A DNA stretch of 64,000 bases. It comes from Candidatus Binatia bacterium (GTDB taxonomy: Bacteria; Desulfobacterota; Binatia; Bin18). The stretch lies in the NCBI GenBank assembly GCA_963666315.2, contig CAXXHG010000014.1, positions 1 through 64,000 on the forward strand, written 5' to 3'. The translations under genes were made by a program, and so were the position numbers. The notes beneath the pieces are model-generated. The model was not told where the DNA came from and ran no database searches. It was given only the letters and a program-made list of their open reading frames with translations. Of the stretch, positions 49,791 through 59,916 are shown in pieces. Numbering within the stretch: the first letter of the stretch is position 1; each line of letters begins with the position of its first letter.

Positions 49791-51257
49791 CTATGATTTA
49801 CACAGTTTAAGGATCGTTTCCTTGAGACGGTCGGGATCAACGGGTTTCTTAAACAGGACATTCTCCAGTCCTTCCAGGCGACTGCGTTTGATCACGTGGT
49901 CTTTGTCATAAAAATATGCGGTCATGAGTACAAACGGGAGATCCGGATAGCGTTCTTTGGCCTCCATGTAGAGATCGTACCCATCCAGATCGGGCATCAC
50001 CACATCACTCAGCACCATATGAAAGGGTTCCGGACCAGGAATCTTCTGATCAAGAATCTTGAGCGCCTCAATACCATTGGTCGCTACTTCGACCGCACAT
50101 CCTTCTTCCGTCAACAAATCGCGCAGCGAATAACACACGCCGAGGTCGTCATCGACCACCAAGAGGCGCAGTCCGGACAGCGCTTGTGTTGCCGGCCGCA
50201 CCCTCAGGGGATGGGGGGCTACCACCTCGTCACGACCCAAGTCGGCCATGCGAGAGCCACGCAGATACTCGGTCGTGTCATACCGTTCTCCGTGGGCCAT
50301 TTCATCAACACGAGAGACCATTGCTCGAATCTTGGCCAGTTCACGTTGGATCGACTCCACCCGCTCTTCCTGAACGATATATTCCTCGTCCGAAAGACCC
50401 TGCGCCATGTGTTTCGCTAAGATATCCAGATTATTAAAAATGACTTCGAGCGGGTTATTCACACGATGGGCCAAGCCAACGGCCAATTCCCCCAGGGTTG
50501 CCAACTGATCGCGACGACGAATGTCTCGCAAGTCTTTTAAAAAACCAATCGACCCACTCTCTTGCCCCCTCTCATCATAAATAATGGAGGCAGAAATCGC
50601 TGCCGGGATACGCTCTCCGCTTTTGGCAACGAGCGTAGTCTCGAAATTCTTGATCTTGCCCTGCTCCCCAATCTCCTCGCTACGCATCGCCTCCATCACC
50701 CGCCGCGCTTCTTCCATGCCCGGATAGACGGAAGCCCAGACCGGCTTGCCGTGGATCTCTTGTGAGGTATAGCCAAGAGTCTTATGTGCCCCATCATTGT
50801 AAAAAATAACTTGGCCCTTGTGGTCGAGCGCAATAACGATGTCGAGCGAACTTTCAAGCAACCGCTCAAAATACCCCGGCGGCAAACGGATCTCACGCAG
50901 ATCTCGGAAAAAGCCGATCGAGCCGATTTCTGCCCCGTTTTCGTCGTAGATAATGGACCCGGAAAAGGAGACCGGAATCTGATCTCCGTTTTTTGCGACG
51001 AGCGTCGTCTCAAAATTCTTGACTTTTCCCTTCTCCCCGACCTCTTCGCTCCGCATCACCTTCATCATCCGCCGGGCCTCTTCGATGCTCGGGTAGATAA
51101 TGCCCCGTTTCCCTCGGACCTCCTCTCGGGTGTAGCCCAAGGTCTTGCGCGCCCCGTCATTGTAAAAGATGATTTGTCCTCGATGATCGACGGCAATCAC
51201 AATGTCAAGGGAATTTTCGAGCAGACGCTCAAAATAGATGGAAGGAAGTTGGAACAT
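49791..51257 (-). CDS. PAS-PAS-HisKA-like-REC signalling protein without a HATPase domain
   Basis: Two near-identical PAS domains; LGELAVGLAHRVNNPL H-box; LLVVDDD..LSDVVMPD.DG..KP receiver. Confidence 0.85.
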   Translation of the reverse strand: MFQLPSIYFERLLENSLDIVIAVDHRGQIIFYNDGARKTLGYTREEVRGKRGIIYPSIEEARRMMKVMRSEEVGEKGKVKNFETTLVAKNGDQIPVSFSGSIIYDENGAEIGSIGFFRDLREIRLPPGYFERLLESSLDIVIALDHKGQVIFYNDGAHKTLGYTSQEIHGKPVWASVYPGMEEARRVMEAMRSEEIGEQGKIKNFETTLVAKSGERIPAAISASIIYDERGQESGSIGFLKDLRDIRRRDQLATLGELAVGLAHRVNNPLEVIFNNLDILAKHMAQGLSDEEYIVQEERVESIQRELAKIRAMVSRVDEMAHGERYDTTEYLRGSRMADLGRDEVVAPHPLRVRPATQALSGLRLLVVDDDLGVCYSLRDLLTEEGCAVEVATNGIEALKILDQKIPGPEPFHMVLSDVVMPDLDGYDLYMEAKERYPDLPFVLMTAYFYDKDHVIKRSRLEGLENVLFKKPVDPDRLKETILKLCKS

Positions 51258-51339
51258 GGAAGATCACCTACTTGTTCACCCCTCCTCGAAAGGCTCCCTC
51301 TCGGTGGGGAACCGTGACCATAAACGCTCTTCCTTTATC

Positions 51340-51819
51340 ATGGTAGGCTCCCGGTTTCGTGATCGTCAAGCCCGGCCCCGCCGGCGGAAACGCACGGGGC
51401 AAAGAGTTGCGCTCTGCAGCCTTGTTCTCCTGTGTAGTCTGGGAGGATGTTATTGGATCAAGTATGAGAAACTCATGCACACGCATGTCGAACTGCTGCT
51501 CGCCATGACAGACAAGATGGGCCGCTTAGTAGAGGACACCGAAACGATGACTCCGACAATGATGACCGAGTTTCTCTACCCACTTGAGCGTGCCCGAGAC
51601 TTTGTTCGTATCGTCGCCCAACGCTACCCAGATCGCCAGTCCCTCGCCATCTTTAGCCAGTTCCTCGATATCTATGAGAGCATCGTCAACGAAACTGATC
51701 GGCTGCGCATTATCTCGGGAGACCTGAGTACTTTTCGAACCCACGTCCAAATCCTGCAACAGTTCGCTCCACGCATTGAGGTAGCTCTGAGAGAAGAACA
51801 ACACGAACGAGGTGTTTGA
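51340..51819 (+). CDS. Hypothetical lipoprotein
   Basis: Basic N-terminus, hydrophobic stretch and LGGC lipobox-like motif. Confidence 0.55.
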   Translation: MVGSRFRDRQARPRRRKRTGQRVALCSLVLLCSLGGCYWIKYEKLMHTHVELLLAMTDKMGRLVEDTETMTPTMMTEFLYPLERARDFVRIVAQRYPDRQSLAIFSQFLDIYESIVNETDRLRIISGDLSTFRTHVQILQQFAPRIEVALREEQHERGV

Positions 51820-51856
51820 CCACAATCCCAAGCGTAGGAGGTTTGACACCAGCTTC

Positions 51857-52360
51857 TTAGCCGTTTGGCCGCAAGAGAACGACCCGTTTGTCATCTTTCA
51901 CAGCGGCAAGTAATTGAGAGATAGTTGATCCAAGGTGAGGGTGAGTAAGCTGGGGGGCAAGTTCGGACAGAGGCAAAAGGACAAAGCGGCGTTGATGCAT
52001 TTCAGGATGGGGAATCTTGAGCTTTTCGTCGTCTACAACATAATTGTCAAAAAGTAAGATATCGAGGTCGATCTTGCGGGAGGCCAATTTTTTTGTTTGG
52101 GCAGTTTTCTTGCGCCCCATCGTTTGCTCAATCCGCTGCAGCCGGCTCAGTAGCTTGTGTGGATCAAAATCCGTCTCAAGCTCGACCGCCCCATTGAGAT
52201 ACCAGTTCTTGACATCCCCGATGGGTTCACTTTCGTACAAAGAGGAGCACTTCGCGATATGCGTATTAGGCAAGTCCTCCATCAGATCTAACGCCTTCTG
52301 ATAATGCTCTCGGCGCTTGCCCAGATTAGACCCAATACCAATAAAAACTCGACTGAACAT
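51857..52360 (-). CDS. folK: 6-hydroxymethyl-7,8-dihydropterin pyrophosphokinase
   Basis: IGIGSNLG, SSLYESEP, RKIDLDIL, IPHP.M..RRFVL.PL. Confidence 0.95.
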   Translation of the reverse strand: MFSRVFIGIGSNLGKRREHYQKALDLMEDLPNTHIAKCSSLYESEPIGDVKNWYLNGAVELETDFDPHKLLSRLQRIEQTMGRKKTAQTKKLASRKIDLDILLFDNYVVDDEKLKIPHPEMHQRRFVLLPLSELAPQLTHPHLGSTISQLLAAVKDDKRVVLLRPNG

Positions 52361-52654
52361 CTACCATTTTCCCCCGAGCCGGTGATGGCGGACTCGCACC
52401 CCAGACTGCACTATTGCACGAACAAAAAGGTTTCCAACGCTTCCCATGGTGCTGACTCGCAAGCGATTGTATCTATTGTTCTTTTTTTGGGCGGAGAGGG
52501 AGCGGAGGGTCTTCGTGAAACGAGCGGGAGGGATGAGGAGTATGAACATCAGTTCCTGTCAGCACGTGTATACTAGCCGGTTTATTCATTTTTGACAAAT
52601 TCTGTCTCTACTGCCGCATGCTGCTCCTTATGATGATCCTTCTCTTGGGGCCTG

Positions 52655-53869
52655 CTATATGTTCCAAGAAAAGGCCTGAGCAGCTCGCTTGACAAGGTGC
52701 CGTCCGATAGCAAGAGAGGCCGTTGCGCCAGGCGAAGGAGCATTCAGGACATGCATAGCACGGGGCGAATCGGTAATCACAAAGTCGTCGACCAGCGCCC
52801 CGCTGGTCGAGACAGCCTGGGCCCGGACTCCGCTTCCGCCAGGAAGTAAATCATCTGCCGTGAGTTCGGGCACCAAGCGCTGCAGGGCGCGAAGGAAAGC
52901 CCTTTTATTGAAAGAGCGGTAGATTTCTCCAAGACCCGTCTGCCAGTATTTTCGCGCTATCGTCCGAAATCCGGGGAAACGCAGTGTTTCCCACAGCTCT
53001 TGGGGAACCATGTCTACCCACTGGTACCCTTCCCGGGCAAAAGCCAGGACGGCGTTGGGACCGGCTTCCATTGCCCCACTCATTGTCCGCGTAAAGTGCA
53101 CGCCCAGGAAGGGAAAGGCCGGATCGGGAACCGGGTAGATCAGATTGTTGACCAGATAGTGTTTATGCGCTGCGATAGTATAGTACTCGCCTCGGAACGG
53201 AACAATTTGGAGTTCCGGATCAACGCCTGCCATCCGTGCGAGACGGTCACACTGCAGGCCGCCACAATTAATCACAGCATGGGTATGCACTGCTCCGGCT
53301 GAAGTCTCTAGTACAAGATGACCGTCGGCAGACACAATCCGCTGTACGGTATGTGCAAGCTTTATTTCCCCTTCACCTTCTTGAATCAATTCGGCATACA
53401 TTTCCGTCACACGGACAAAGTCGATAATCCCCGTTTTCGGGACATACAGCGCTTGTATGCCGGCCGCGTGGGGCTCGCGTTCTCGCAGCCGCTCGGGCCC
53501 GATCATTTCCAGTCCCTCAACGCCGTTGGCCGTGCCACGCCGATGGAGTTCTTCAAGGCGCGGCAGTTCGTCTTGTGACGTTGCGACCGCTACTTTCCCA
53601 CACTGTTCATAAGGGATACCGTGTCTGTCACAAAATTCGGTCAGCAGTTTCGCCCCCGTGACACAGGTCCGGGCCTTGAGTGACCCGGGCTTATAATAAA
53701 TGCCGGAATGAAGAACGCCGCTGTTATGGCCGGTTTGGTGAGCGGCCAAGCCCGCTTCTTTTTCTAAGACCCCCAGTTTAACCTTTGGATATTGGCGTGT
53801 GACTTCCAGAGCGGTGGCAAGTCCGATGATCCCACCGCCAATAATAATAAGGTCAAACTGGTCTGCCAT
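52655..53869 (-). CDS. lhgO: L-2-hydroxyglutarate oxidase
   Basis: IIGGGIIG, HQTGHNSGV.HSGIYY.PGSLKA, PFRGEYY, YPVPDP.FPFLGVHFT, SGVRAQA, NAPSP.ATASL. Confidence 0.92.
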   Translation of the reverse strand: MADQFDLIIIGGGIIGLATALEVTRQYPKVKLGVLEKEAGLAAHQTGHNSGVLHSGIYYKPGSLKARTCVTGAKLLTEFCDRHGIPYEQCGKVAVATSQDELPRLEELHRRGTANGVEGLEMIGPERLREREPHAAGIQALYVPKTGIIDFVRVTEMYAELIQEGEGEIKLAHTVQRIVSADGHLVLETSAGAVHTHAVINCGGLQCDRLARMAGVDPELQIVPFRGEYYTIAAHKHYLVNNLIYPVPDPAFPFLGVHFTRTMSGAMEAGPNAVLAFAREGYQWVDMVPQELWETLRFPGFRTIARKYWQTGLGEIYRSFNKRAFLRALQRLVPELTADDLLPGGSGVRAQAVSTSGALVDDFVITDSPRAMHVLNAPSPGATASLAIGRHLVKRAAQAFSWNI

Positions 53870-53946
53870 AAAAGTGTTCACCTCATAGAGAAATTGCACT
53901 CCCATCTGCGTATACAAAACAGCTCCTGACTGCAAACAGTACGTTT

Positions 53947-55365
53947 ATGTTTTCCCCCACTCGATCCGGACTCAGCGAAATTCTCCAGCTGGCCTTGCCG
54001 ATTATCATGTCGATGGCCTCGTTCACGGTCATCGGCTTTGTTGACACTTGGATGGTTGCGCGGGTGGGGACGGCTGAAATGGCCGCAGCCATGCCTGCCG
54101 GAGTCATCGCCTATACACTGACGGCCCTCCCGCTGGGCATTACGCAGTGTGTCAGCACCTTCGCCGCACAAGCGTTAGGCCGTGGTAAGTCTGACGAAGG
54201 TTCAGCCTTTGCCTGGCAGGGGCTCTACTTGAGTCTCGTCGTTGGTGTGCTGGCCTTCTCACTGTGGCCGCTGGCGCCGCACTTTTTTTCGCGGTTCGGC
54301 CATGAGCCAGACATTGTAGATCTCGAGGTCATCTACTTCCGCGTTCGCCTGTGGGGCATAGGCTTTTCGGTTGCGATAGGTGCGTTGAGTGGATTCTTTT
54401 ACGGGCTGCATAAGCCCAAGGTCCCGCTAGTCGCCGCGGTTATTGCCAATATTGCCAACGTTATTTCCGCCTACGCTTTGATCTTTGGAAAATTCGGCGC
54501 CCCGGCCTTGGGCCTCAAGGGTGCCGCTCTGGCTATGGTATTGAGCTTCATCATACAGTTTGCCGTGCTCTTGCGTGTGTTTCTGTCCCAGACGTATGCT
54601 GCCCGGTTTGCTACGCGAGCGACCTGGCAACCGCTCTGGACACGCACCCGCCAGCTGCTCCACATCGGCTGGCCGGCCGGCATGCAAATGGCCCTCGACA
54701 TCTTAGGCTGGGGGGTATTAATCATCCTTATGGTTGGTCAGTTCGGTCGGCAACAACTGGCCGCTAGCAATATAACCATCCAGTATATGACCATCTCGTT
54801 CATGCCCGCCCTTGGGCTCGGCCAGGCGCTGACCGCGCTTGTGGGGCGCTATATTGGTGAGGGCAAACGCGAACTCGCCGTGCAGCGCGTCTACGAAGCG
54901 GTCTTTCTGGCTATGGCATATATGGCCCTCATGGGCACGATCTATCTCCTCTTTCGGTTCTCCTTTGTCGGCTTTTTCAGCCAAGACGCCGCGGTTATCC
55001 AGATCGGCAGTACCTTACTACTCTGTGCCGCTCTCCTACAGATCTTTGACGGCATGGGGATAGTGTTTGCCGCAGCCCTGCGCGGCGCTGGCGATACGCA
55101 TTGGGTTGCCGGCCTGACCATTACGCTTTTGGTGTGCGTGTTTACCCCACTGAGCTTGGGTTCCGTGGTGTTTACCAATCTCGAATCCTTGGGGCCATGG
55201 ATTGCCGGAACCATAAACGTGGCACTCTTCGGCCTGGGTTTATGGTGGCGTTTCTCCCAAGGAAAATGGCGAGACATCAATATTTTCGCGACGCAAAAAG
55301 AGCAGCAAGGAAAACAGGAGCAAACCGCAGCTGTGCCGCCACCGATTCGAGCAGCAAACCGATGA
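53947..55365 (+). CDS. MATE-family efflux transporter
   Basis: LALPI, FVDT.MV..VG..EMAA, LIFG.FG.P.LG..GAALA, ALRGAGDT. Confidence 0.92.
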   Translation: MFSPTRSGLSEILQLALPIIMSMASFTVIGFVDTWMVARVGTAEMAAAMPAGVIAYTLTALPLGITQCVSTFAAQALGRGKSDEGSAFAWQGLYLSLVVGVLAFSLWPLAPHFFSRFGHEPDIVDLEVIYFRVRLWGIGFSVAIGALSGFFYGLHKPKVPLVAAVIANIANVISAYALIFGKFGAPALGLKGAALAMVLSFIIQFAVLLRVFLSQTYAARFATRATWQPLWTRTRQLLHIGWPAGMQMALDILGWGVLIILMVGQFGRQQLAASNITIQYMTISFMPALGLGQALTALVGRYIGEGKRELAVQRVYEAVFLAMAYMALMGTIYLLFRFSFVGFFSQDAAVIQIGSTLLLCAALLQIFDGMGIVFAAALRGAGDTHWVAGLTITLLVCVFTPLSLGSVVFTNLESLGPWIAGTINVALFGLGLWWRFSQGKWRDINIFATQKEQQGKQEQTAAVPPPIRAANR

Positions 55366-55375
55366 AAGCTGAACC

Positions 55376-56298
55376 TTGTATGCGCCGTTTCCCCCTCCGC
55401 CCGATTACGCCCCATTTCAACCCGGCCCGTTTCGGCTCTCGATGGGGCTTATGCCGCTTGATCTCAAAGACTGGATAGAGCCGGATAAAAATCTCGCAGT
55501 TGAACTGCACGAGAAAGAGCGTTTACTGAGCCAACATGACGCTGGCGTCTTTGCCGCTCTGCCTCAAGCAGCAGCGGGTTCGGCTGAAGTACTGGAGCTT
55601 CCTATCGACCATCTTCCAACCAGATTCCCGGAGCTGTACACACGAGCAGGAGATCAGTTCAACAATCTGGCAACGGACCAACGCTGGAATATCACACAGC
55701 CTACGCTCCACCTGCTCGATCTGGCCGGACGGCTTGTCCAAGAAGACCTCTGCCTCATGCAGAGGGATGCCGCCACCATGGTCTACCATCTCATTGCGGC
55801 CTCGCTGTGCTTTCCCACTCGGTGGCGCTTGGCCGACAAAATAGGCAAACGGCTCAATACCATTCATGCCCCGATTCCGGGCTACGAGGAACAGATAGCC
55901 TCGACCATCGACAAATTTTTTGACCGGCTGAAAGTCGACAAGCCCGTCTGGCGACTCAATTGGAGCCTCATCGACGACCCCACTCTTTTTCAGCCGACCG
56001 GACCTGATAGGACAAAGGCCAATGTGGATATCACTGCAGAGAATGCCGGGAAAGACCCTGGCTGCGCATGGAACGACAGACGCTCCGGCGGCTGCCGCGA
56101 ACAAAAGACATCCTCTTCACCATCCGCGTCCACGTCAAACCGCTCGCCCAGCTCGCCACACAACCAGAACGCGCCGCGCTGCTTGCCGCGGCGGTGCGAG
56201 CGTTGCCGCAGCCTGTTCGGCTATACAAAAGCCTCCCGCCTTTTATTAATGCCGCACTGGCATGGCTGGATAGAGTAGAAGCTGAGGCGAGGAGATAG
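55376..56298 (+). CDS. DUF3445 haem-dependent N-demethylase alpha subunit-like protein (frameshift near 56055)
   Basis: MGL.PL, LVQEDLCLM, SLCFP..W...DKIG, IHAPIPGY, WRLNW; ERQTLRRLP..LFTIR in the shifted frame. Confidence 0.8.
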
Positions 56299-56458
56299 AC
56301 CATTCCCGCGCCCCTTCGGAGACAGGCCTCGACACGCTGCTCATAAACATAGTTGTGAGTCCAGTATGGAATAGTGTAGGTCAGGTTAGTGTATCCTGAC
56401 ATCCCGCAAAAATTCGCGGGCTAGCCAGGCTAAGGAATGGTGTCTCTTCGTTCTGGCC

Positions 56459-57433
56459 CTACCAATCCTTCAATCTCAACTCCCGAATCTTCCGCTGGAG
56501 CAACTGGCGGCGCAGACCGATTTCCGTTGCCGCATGCGTAATATTGCTCTTGTGCTGACGCAGCGCACGGATAATAAAGCCGCGCTCGAAGGTCTCAACC
56601 ATATGCTGTTTAGCTTCTTTGCAGGTGCCCGAGGCCACCCCGTTAGAAGAAGCCCCCGGACGGCCAAGACGTAAGTCGTCGGCTTGAATTTCATCTCCGG
56701 CCGAGAGCACCAGCGCGGCTTCGACCTCGTTTTTGAGTTCGCGCACATTGCCCGGCCAGCAATGATGTAACACAGAGTGATAAACTTCAGCAGACAGCGG
56801 TTTGGGAGCCCGCCCATTGCGCTTCGCTGCCTGTTCCAAAAAATGCGCGGCGAGCCGCAGAATATCCTCCGGCGGGTCCCGCAAAGGTGGAACCAGCAGC
56901 GAGATCGTATTGAGGCGCTAAAACGAATCCTCACGAAAGGTCCTCGTCTGGACCATTGCGGGCAGATCTTTATTGGTCGCAGCAAGAATGCGGACGTCAA
57001 CACGAATCGTGTGATTCCCACCTGCACGCTCAAACTCTTTTTCTTGCAGGATGCGCAGGATCTTGCCCTGAGTCTCCGGGCTCATATCCCCGATTTCATC
57101 CGGCAGTAGCGTACCACCATCGGCTGCGCTATACTTGACGTCGCCCGTGGTGGTCGCGCCGGTAAACGCGGCCTTTTTACGACCAAACGGCTCGGACTCC
57201 ACCAATTTTCGCGTCAACACCGCACAGTTGATCTTAATAAATGGGGCAGACTGACGTGGGCTATTCTGATGCAACGCATTGGCGGTCAACGTCGGGTTTT
57301 CCACTGCTTGGTAGAAACCGAACAGAAACCAACTCACGAACAAAAGACCTGAGGCGATAAGGATGATCTCGGTCATACTCTCTTGTGTCTTCCTTCCAAG
57401 GGCGAGGGGCGTCCGAATCGTCGTTTTAGACAT
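56459..57433 (-). pseudogene. Sigma-54 enhancer-binding protein remnant fused to a small membrane ORF
   Basis: PFIKINCA, ESE.FG..K.AFTGA, DEIGDM, RILAATNKDL, WPGNVREL, Fis-type HTH; Walker A absent, frameshift near 56920. Confidence 0.8.
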
Positions 57434-57476
57434 CGGATGTGTCCTCCTTCTTGTAACATTCTTGAAGAACATAGAG

Positions 57477-57493
57477 AGCAACCTGAATGCCAA
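57477..57493 (-). promoter_or_regulatory. Sigma-54 -24/-12 promoter
   Basis: Minus strand TTGGCATTCAGGTTGCT with exact GG-N10-GC spacing, upstream of RBS aaggagg and the ATG at 57433. Confidence 0.75.
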
Positions 57494-57567
57494 CTCTGGC
57501 ACTCCTGGAAAAGCCTGATTTTTCAGGGTTCTGAATCAGAACGGCAGTGGAAATACGCAAGACCAAT

Positions 57568-57597
57568 GTTGCAGCAGCGCAATGAAATTGCTGCAAC
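57568..57597. promoter_or_regulatory. Probable enhancer (activator-binding) inverted repeat
   Basis: gttgcagca-N12-tgctgcaac, 75-105 bp upstream of the sigma-54 promoter. Confidence 0.5.
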
Positions 57598-57643
57598 CTC
57601 GCAACTTGTCTTTCTCCAGGAGTCGAGTCTGGGTTCCCTCTAA

Positions 57644-58537
57644 TCAGCCAACCGCGGCCCGAAGGACGGCGTACGACGGGAAGCCTAATGCCGGGGTAAT
57701 CTCTTCCCGCCAGACGGCATCTAATGCTTCGCTGATATCTTGCGGCAACTCTTTGTTATGGTCCCCAACATTGCCCGTTCTGACTTTCGACGAATCACCT
57801 CCAGGCGGAAGACCACAGCCTGCATCACGCGTCTGACGGAGTAAATGATCGTCGAATTGGTGTTTATGCGCGCGCATGAATCCAACAGAAGACTGATGCA
57901 CTACGATGTCCAGCAGCTCAGCATCGAGCGGACACTCGATGAATGCGGCAATACGTTGGACGGTCCCCTCAAGGTCTTCTTTCATATCTTCGTAACAGAG
58001 GAATAATACGTCCGAATCGTTTCGATGTGGCCACCACGAAGCGACGTGTGGCCAGTAGCCGTGTGACCGCCCCGCGTTGATGTATTGCGCACGCGTAAAA
58101 TCTGCCAAAGAGATCGAGCCGGACTCAAAAAACCAGCCTTCCATGAAGTAGTACGCCGAGACCACGGCGTCCTTTGGATCCCGAATAACGTAAATATAGC
58201 GACCGCCTTTCGGGATGAGATCCCAGCTGAAGTGACTCTTAAAAACACTGGGCATACTGACTTGAGGCATTTCCAGGTCAACCCTCATGTCATGGGCGAG
58301 TTCTAACCACGGCACAACAGCCGTGATCTCATCAAAGGCCATAGAGCCTCGGGTCCGCAGGCCATGCACAATCTGTTGCACCCAGGTCGTGCCACATTTT
58401 GAGTAGGGAGAAATTAGCACATCCGTGGGCTGCGGCTTGAAGGCGAGCGCACGCCGGATACTTTCTTGAGTAACAAAGCGCTTCTGACATTCATGAAGTT
58501 CTTCGATGGTTGTTGGTCGAACAAGATTCTGGGGCAT
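57644..58537 (-). CDS. PAPS-dependent sulfotransferase
   Basis: YSKCGTTW 5'-PSB loop, FKSH, YIYVIRDPKDAVVS 3'-PB motif, LCYEDMK, KVR.G.VGD. Confidence 0.93.
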   Translation of the reverse strand: MPQNLVRPTTIEELHECQKRFVTQESIRRALAFKPQPTDVLISPYSKCGTTWVQQIVHGLRTRGSMAFDEITAVVPWLELAHDMRVDLEMPQVSMPSVFKSHFSWDLIPKGGRYIYVIRDPKDAVVSAYYFMEGWFFESGSISLADFTRAQYINAGRSHGYWPHVASWWPHRNDSDVLFLCYEDMKEDLEGTVQRIAAFIECPLDAELLDIVVHQSSVGFMRAHKHQFDDHLLRQTRDAGCGLPPGGDSSKVRTGNVGDHNKELPQDISEALDAVWREEITPALGFPSYAVLRAAVG

Positions 58538-58914
58538 AGTTGCATCTCCTAGATCAATTAGATCATTGTCGGAGTAGTTCCACTCTGAGGAATTTTTGTA
58601 TATCAGTCTGAACCATCTTGATTATCGGATTTTGTTGTTGTCTTCTAGAAACCCACATTGTGAGTTTCGCAACCCCCTGAAAGTAGGCAAAACCCTTAAT
58701 TCTATGGGGGTTACGGGACATGCAACCTACTCTCCATTCCCCGCGAATCACCGTGAAAGTCCCGCGAATTTTCACAACAGGTTGGACCCGAGGAGTCGAG
58801 TGAGCGTGCGTCCTGCAATACGCTACCCGGTGGCCGATTGAAGCGTATCTTAACGTATTAAAGAGTGGGCTACGAGGTCGTGTCAATTGGCGTGTCAATA
58901 ATAAAGCGGCGCAG

Positions 58915-59142
58915 TTGAGAAAAGAGAGGAATGCCACTCTCGTTGAAGGGAAACCGGTCACGCCTGATGTCTGTGAGGAGAACACGAGAGATCGATATGG
59001 ACATACACTGGCGTACGTTATTGTCGGCGCAACTGTTGTTAATGAAGTGCTCCTGCGCGAAGGACACGCCTCCCCTCTCCATATTCCACCCTGTGGAAAT
59101 GACACTGCAACATGTTATGAGGCGCTCGCGGTGGGGTTCTAG
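58915..59142 (+). pseudogene. Thermonuclease (SNase) fragment
   Basis: LVEGK.V......RDRYG.TLAYV......VNEVLLREGHA. Confidence 0.65.
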
Positions 59143-59535
59143 TCTCGCACGGGACCTGGCGTGCCAATGAGGTCTTCCGGAACTGGCTCGCCCCAGACCT
59201 CTAGCCATCCAATCTCAGTTTCGTGTCGAGGCCCGTACCCGTAACAGGTAACGCCTTGTCGATCATAATCCTGTCGCGCCTTCTCTTGCTGCGCGACGTA
59301 GTGTTTACGTGGCATGATCTGTTCCCCCGTGGAACGCAAGACGCCGCGTGTAGATTCCGCATTCAGCAAGACCGGAAAGTCTCAAACCGTGCCACCCGGG
59401 CCACGATTGCAAGCCGTGCTGGAAGAGGCATTATCCTGCCGAGGTGAAGCCCCCGTGGTCTTTGTGACGAAGGCAGGCGGAGCCCCGGACAGCCGATGGG
59501 TTTACAATGGCCCTAAGATACCATAGCAAGCGTAT

Positions 59536-59598
59536 AATTGACCCAATTGACCCAATTGACCCAATTGACCCAATTGACCCAATTGACCCAATTGACCC
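59536..59598. repeat. Perfect 9-bp tandem repeat (AATTGACCC)7
   Basis: Seven exact units, translating as (IDP)7 in frame with the integrase fragment. Confidence 0.95.
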
Positions 59599-59800
59599 GC
59601 ATATATTACGACACACGTTTGGTTCGCGCTGCGTTATGAGCGGAGTGGACGTTCCCACGACGCAAGAACTCATGGGACATGCTGATTTCAGTATGACATT
59701 GCGGTATAGTCACCTGTCGCCAGACCATAAGGGAGAGGCAATGGACGTGATGAAAAGCCACTTTTCGGCAAAAAGTACCGTGAATTTTCACAACTTCCCT
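59597..59800 (+). pseudogene. Tyrosine recombinase C-terminal fragment
   Basis: PHILRHTFGS...SGVD....QELMGH....MT.RYSH (HxxR, H and catalytic Y). Confidence 0.88.
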
Positions 59801-59916
59801 CTAGGAGCGGTTGGGGGCCAGACGAGAAGGTCGCGGCTATTCACTGAGTTAGAGAGCTTACTGGGCATTGATAGAGAGCGTTGTTGTTGTCTTCCAGAAA
59901 CAACGGAGGAGAAGAT

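Larger units (their letters stand above)
58756..59794. mobile_element. Decayed tyrosine-integrase element bounded by 23-bp direct repeats
   Basis: aaagtcccgcgaattttcacaac (58756-58778) and aaagtaccgtgaattttcacaac (59772-59794); contains nuclease and integrase fragments. Confidence 0.55.

Noticed and set aside
59536-59598. CRISPR array
   Set aside because: Contiguous 9-mers with no spacers, and no cas genes in the window.
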